Part shown: in pieces, positions 60,836 through 64,000 of the stretch
Layout of the letters: each line of letters starts with the position of its first letter
Position numbering within the stretch: position 1 is the stretch's first letter
Assembly: GCA_947494155.1 (NCBI GenBank)
Contig: CANLTW010000007.1
Location: 1-64,000, forward strand
Direction: 5' to 3'
Length of the DNA stretch: 64,000 bases
Source: Chlamydiota bacterium
GTDB lineage: Bacteria > Chlamydiota > Chlamydiia > Chlamydiales > RGXB01
The notes under the pieces: model-generated
What the model saw: the letters and a program-made list of their open reading frames with translations, nothing else
Told to the model about the DNA's origin: nothing
Databases searched by the model: none
Program-made: the position numbers and the translations under genes

Positions 60836-61462
60836 CTCTTTGTAAGTCTTAAAATGGAGCTTGGCTATTGAGGGAAAAAGCTCGTCTCCGTGGATCTGTT
60901 TCAGCTCTTTGGCTTGGTTTTGTACCAAAGCCGAGGCCCCCTTTCGCAAGGGCGTTCCTATCGAGTCGCTCAAAGCCTTGAGCCCCTCTACAAAGGCGTT
61001 TCTGGCCAGAATAGAGGCTGCCGCGACGGCAATATCCGTCTCTGCCTTCGGATACATCCTTAAGTTCAGTTTGAGCCCCTTTTTCTTCAAATACTGCTCT
61101 ACCAGAGGCTCTTGAGTGAATTGGTCCACCAGCACCTTTGTAGCCCCTGTCTTTTCGGATACTGTTTTGATTACTGCAGCATGGCACCAGGCTAAAAGGT
61201 GGTTGAGGTTTTTGAACTTATAGTAGAGCTCATTATAGGTTTTAGGAAAAAGTACGATCTGGTCATAAGGGATTTTTTGTCTGATAACAGAGGCCAAAAG
61301 ATCAATTTTCGTATCGCTCAATTTTTTAGAATCTTTGACACCGATAGTTTTCAGGATCTCGACAGTCTCTTCATTGATCGCAATCGCTGCTACCACAAGT
61401 GGGCCGAAAAAATCCCCTTTTCCCGCTTCATCGGAGCCGATATACAGACCTTCAAATTCCAT
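60827..61462 (-). CDS. rnhC: Ribonuclease HIII (catalytic domain only)
   Basis: IGSDEAGKGDFFGPL, VKDSKKL, LNHLLAW.H, DQF, VAAASILAR, KLHFKT. Confidence 0.9.
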   Translation of the reverse strand: MEFEGLYIGSDEAGKGDFFGPLVVAAIAINEETVEILKTIGVKDSKKLSDTKIDLLASVIRQKIPYDQIVLFPKTYNELYYKFKNLNHLLAWCHAAVIKTVSEKTGATKVLVDQFTQEPLVEQYLKKKGLKLNLRMYPKAETDIAVAAASILARNAFVEGLKALSDSIGTPLRKGASALVQNQAKELKQIHGDELFPSIAKLHFKTYKELS

Positions 61463-61616
61463 GACACCATCTTAGCAAACAAAGAAATGAAAAAACATAA
61501 AAAGAGTTTTTCTTGGTGAGGCTTTAAAAAAAAAGAGAGAGAAACATCCTCTTATATCATCCTACAACCAATCATTTTCACAAATAATCTAAAACTTGCT
61601 AAGTTAAAACTCTTCA

Positions 61617-62048
61617 GTGGTTTATAGGGTGCTTAAAGCGATGCAAGAGGAAATGATAAAACTAGGTCGCCTTCTTAAGGCTATACGCGAGGATAAGAGG
61701 ATCTCTATCAAGGAGGTTGAAAGCTCTACCTCGATTAGGGAGAGCTATCTTGTGGCTTTGGAAGAGGGTAAAGAGGCGTCCGGCTTGAGCGACATTTATC
61801 GATTCGGTTTTTTACGACAATACGCAAGCTATCTCGAGATGGATATGACCGACTTGGAAAAAAAATATCCCCATCTTTTTCAGAATACACCGCAAAAACA
61901 CGATTTTGCCTATGGAATAGGAACTCTTGAGATGCGCAATAACGCTGGTCAATCGGGACGTTCGATGCCAGGGTTTATGATGGTAGGGGCTTTTGTAGTT
62001 ATGATATACCTCGCTTGGCAACTGGCAAAATATCTGCAACTTCTCTAG
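61617..62048 (+). CDS. RodZ-like HTH membrane protein (CT009-like)
   Basis: LG..LKAIRE, T.IR.SYL.ALEEG, GFLRQYA.YL, C-terminal TM. Confidence 0.85.
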   Translation: MVYRVLKAMQEEMIKLGRLLKAIREDKRISIKEVESSTSIRESYLVALEEGKEASGLSDIYRFGFLRQYASYLEMDMTDLEKKYPHLFQNTPQKHDFAYGIGTLEMRNNAGQSGRSMPGFMMVGAFVVMIYLAWQLAKYLQLL

Positions 62049-62054
62049 GTGCAA

Positions 62055-64000
62055 ATGGAAATCAATAGAAATAGATTAAGGGATCAGGGATCTCCTTACT
62101 TGAGGGAACATGCGGATGACCTGGTATTTTGGCAGCCCTGGTGCGAAGAGGCATTTTTGGCAGCTAAAAAATACGATCGCCCTGTTTTTCTGTCGATTGG
62201 GTATAAAAGTTGCCATTGGTGTAAGGTGTTGCAAGAGGAGTCTTTTAAAGATTTGTCCATAGCCGAAATCATAAACGACTCTTTTGTCCCCATTTTAATC
62301 GATCGTGAGGAGATGCCTCATATCGATCGACTTTACATGGACTTTGCCCAGCTACTTACGCAACACCCGGCAGGGTGGCCCTTAAATTTGATTCTTACCC
62401 CGGATAAAGCCCCTTTTTACGTTTTTACCTATTTGCCCCCTATGACGATTGATGGGTATATAGGTCTCAATGATATTCTTCATGAGCTAAAACATCTGTG
62501 GAATTCCGAAGATAAAGAGGCGATTTTTGAGCAGACGGAGCACCTTGTAGAAATTTATAAAGAGGCGACTCTTGATGTGGTTTCAGCTATGCCCTCAAAA
62601 GAGGGGCAGCTCCACATTTTGAAAACTTTGTTTGAGAGTTTTGACCGGGAACAGGGTGGTTTTAAAGGCGAGGTAAAATTCCCCCTCTCATTTCAAACCT
62701 CCCCACTTATCCATCTTTCAGAAATTTTCGAGGACCAAAGACCGCACTATTTTGCCGAGACCACTCTTGAAAAGCAGCTATTTAGCCCACTGTATGATCC
62801 TATTTTGGGTGGGTTTCGACGTTACACCTCTGACGAAGCGCGATTAGAGCCCCATTTCGAAAAAATGTTATCGGATAACGCCTTTTTAATGGAGGCGTAT
62901 GCGCACCTGTACTTTGAAACGGGCAAAATTTTGTACCGCGACGTTGCCTACGAACTTAATTTGTTTTTCGAAAACGTTCTCAAAACCGATTGGGGATATG
63001 CCTCTTCTTTAAGTGCGGATCACGCCAATGAAGAGGGGGGGCACTCTTTGTTTACCTACGAGGAGTTGCAAGACCTTTTATCGCAAGAGGAGTTGGCTTT
63101 CGCCATCCGCTATTTGGGGGCTGCCCAGCAGGGGATTTTTGATGGGGATAACATCCTCTTTTTGGTTGAAGAAACACCTGAGGAAAAAAAGGGGGTTTTC
63201 CGTTCGGTGCAAAAAAAACTCCGGGCTGTAATCGAACAAAGAGATACGTTAGATATTGATCGTAAAATCCTTTTGGGAGCAAATGCCAATCTAGCTCATG
63301 CGCGCATTCGAGCCGGTTGCTATCTTAAAGATCGAGCGCTAATCCATTCCGGGGTGTCGCTTGTGAAAGAGATTTTAAAACGCTTTTTTGTGGGAAGCAG
63401 GCTCCACCATGCGCTTGTTGGAGAGGTATTTGTTGGCAAGGCTCTGTTGGAGGATTTTGCAACATTGATTAAAGCGCTTCTCACCGCTTTTGAAACGGGG
63501 GAATTTCCAGAAAGCTATCCGATAATCCACGAATTGATTGACGAAGCTGACAGAATTTTCAGGTGTAAAGAGGGGGGGTATTTTAGTACCGCTTTGGATG
63601 ACACCTTTCTAGTGCGTATCAAACCCTTTTTAGATGGGGTCGAACCCTCGGCGAATGCTCTTATGGCAGAAAATTTTTTGCGCCTGTACAACATTAGTCA
63701 CAAGTACGAGTATTTGAAACAGGCCGAATCCATTTTAAAATTGGGGGTTGAGAAATTGACGCACCATCCGGCGTCGATGCTCTCTTTTTTCCTAAATGTG
63801 CTCTATTTTGTCTCAAAAGATAAAAAAACTATTTTTCTAAAAAAGGATCTTGAAGATAATACGAACTATTGCTTCTGTCACCCTTTTACCTCTGTGGTAG
63901 TCTGTCACCCATTGTTGACAAAGTTGATTCCGGCGATTGAGGGGAAATCGTGTATCAATAATAAAACTACCGTTTACGTGTGCACCCCCTCGAGCTGTAG
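62055..64000 (+). CDS. YyaL/SPATA20 (DUF255) thioredoxin-domain protein, partial (runs off the window, so absent from the ORF track)
   Basis: Translated by hand: NRLRDQGSPYLREHA, VFLSIGYKSCHWC, IDREEMP, GWPLN, PHFEKMLSDNA. Confidence 0.92.
   Translation, partial: MEINRNRLRDQGSPYLREHADDLVFWQPWCEEAFLAAKKYDRPVFLSIGYKSCHWCKVLQEESFKDLSIAEIINDSFVPILIDREEMPHIDRLYMDFAQLLTQHPAGWPLNLILTPDKAPFYVFTYLPPMTIDGYIGLNDILHELKHLWNSEDKEAIFEQTEHLVEIYKEATLDVVSAMPSKEGQLHILKTLFESFDREQGGFKGEVKFPLSFQTSPLIHLSEIFEDQRPHYFAETTLEKQLFSPLYDPILGGFRRYTSDEARLEPHFEKMLSDNAFLMEAYAHLYFETGKILYRDVAYELNLFFENVLKTDWGYASSLSADHANEEGGHSLFTYEELQDLLSQEELAFAIRYLGAAQQGIFDGDNILFLVEETPEEKKGVFRSVQKKLRAVIEQRDTLDIDRKILLGANANLAHARIRAGCYLKDRALIHSGVSLVKEILKRFFVGSRLHHALVGEVFVGKALLEDFATLIKALLTAFETGEFPESYPIIHELIDEADRIFRCKEGGYFSTALDDTFLVRIKPFLDGVEPSANALMAENFLRLYNISHKYEYLKQAESILKLGVEKLTHHPASMLSFFLNVLYFVSKDKKTIFLKKDLEDNTNYCFCHPFTSVVVCHPLLTKLIPAIEGKSCINNKTTVYVCTPSSC

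Noticed and set aside
61617..62048. RodZ lacking a periplasmic domain
   Set aside because: Already known for the chlamydial CT009-type protein

Overview
This is a gene-dense chromosomal segment of a Chlamydiota bacterium, most likely an environmental (non-Chlamydiaceae) lineage. The assignment rests on recalled homology and synteny: an Slc1/CT043 T3S chaperone divergent from glgX, a CT253-CT259-like block, dnaA-yidC, dciA-gyrB-gyrA-tmk-holB, nusB-murB, infC-rpmI-rplT-pheS, and rnhC next to a CT009/RodZ-like gene. It also carries a complete classical (OSB) menaquinone operon with a MenC-MenE fusion, tRNA-Val(GAC), tRNA-Ser(TGA) and several accessory or effector-like genes (IncA-like, F-box/DUF4116, a 35-aa-repeat protein, three glycosyltransferases with signal-peptide-like N-termini). 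The most unusual observations are: (1) an intact but catalytically eroded ThrRS-derived ORF at the thrS position, coupled to an infC that probably starts at CUG; (2) the MenC-MenE fusion; (3) a duplicated or split repeat downstream of tsaD whose copies preserve a basic ~40-aa reading frame; (4) recurrent leaderless-type promoters; (5) an RNase HIII lacking its N-terminal domain; (6) unannotated small ORFs. I saw no CRISPR array, rRNA, integrase or transposase. All family calls come from motif recognition by eye; no searches were run.
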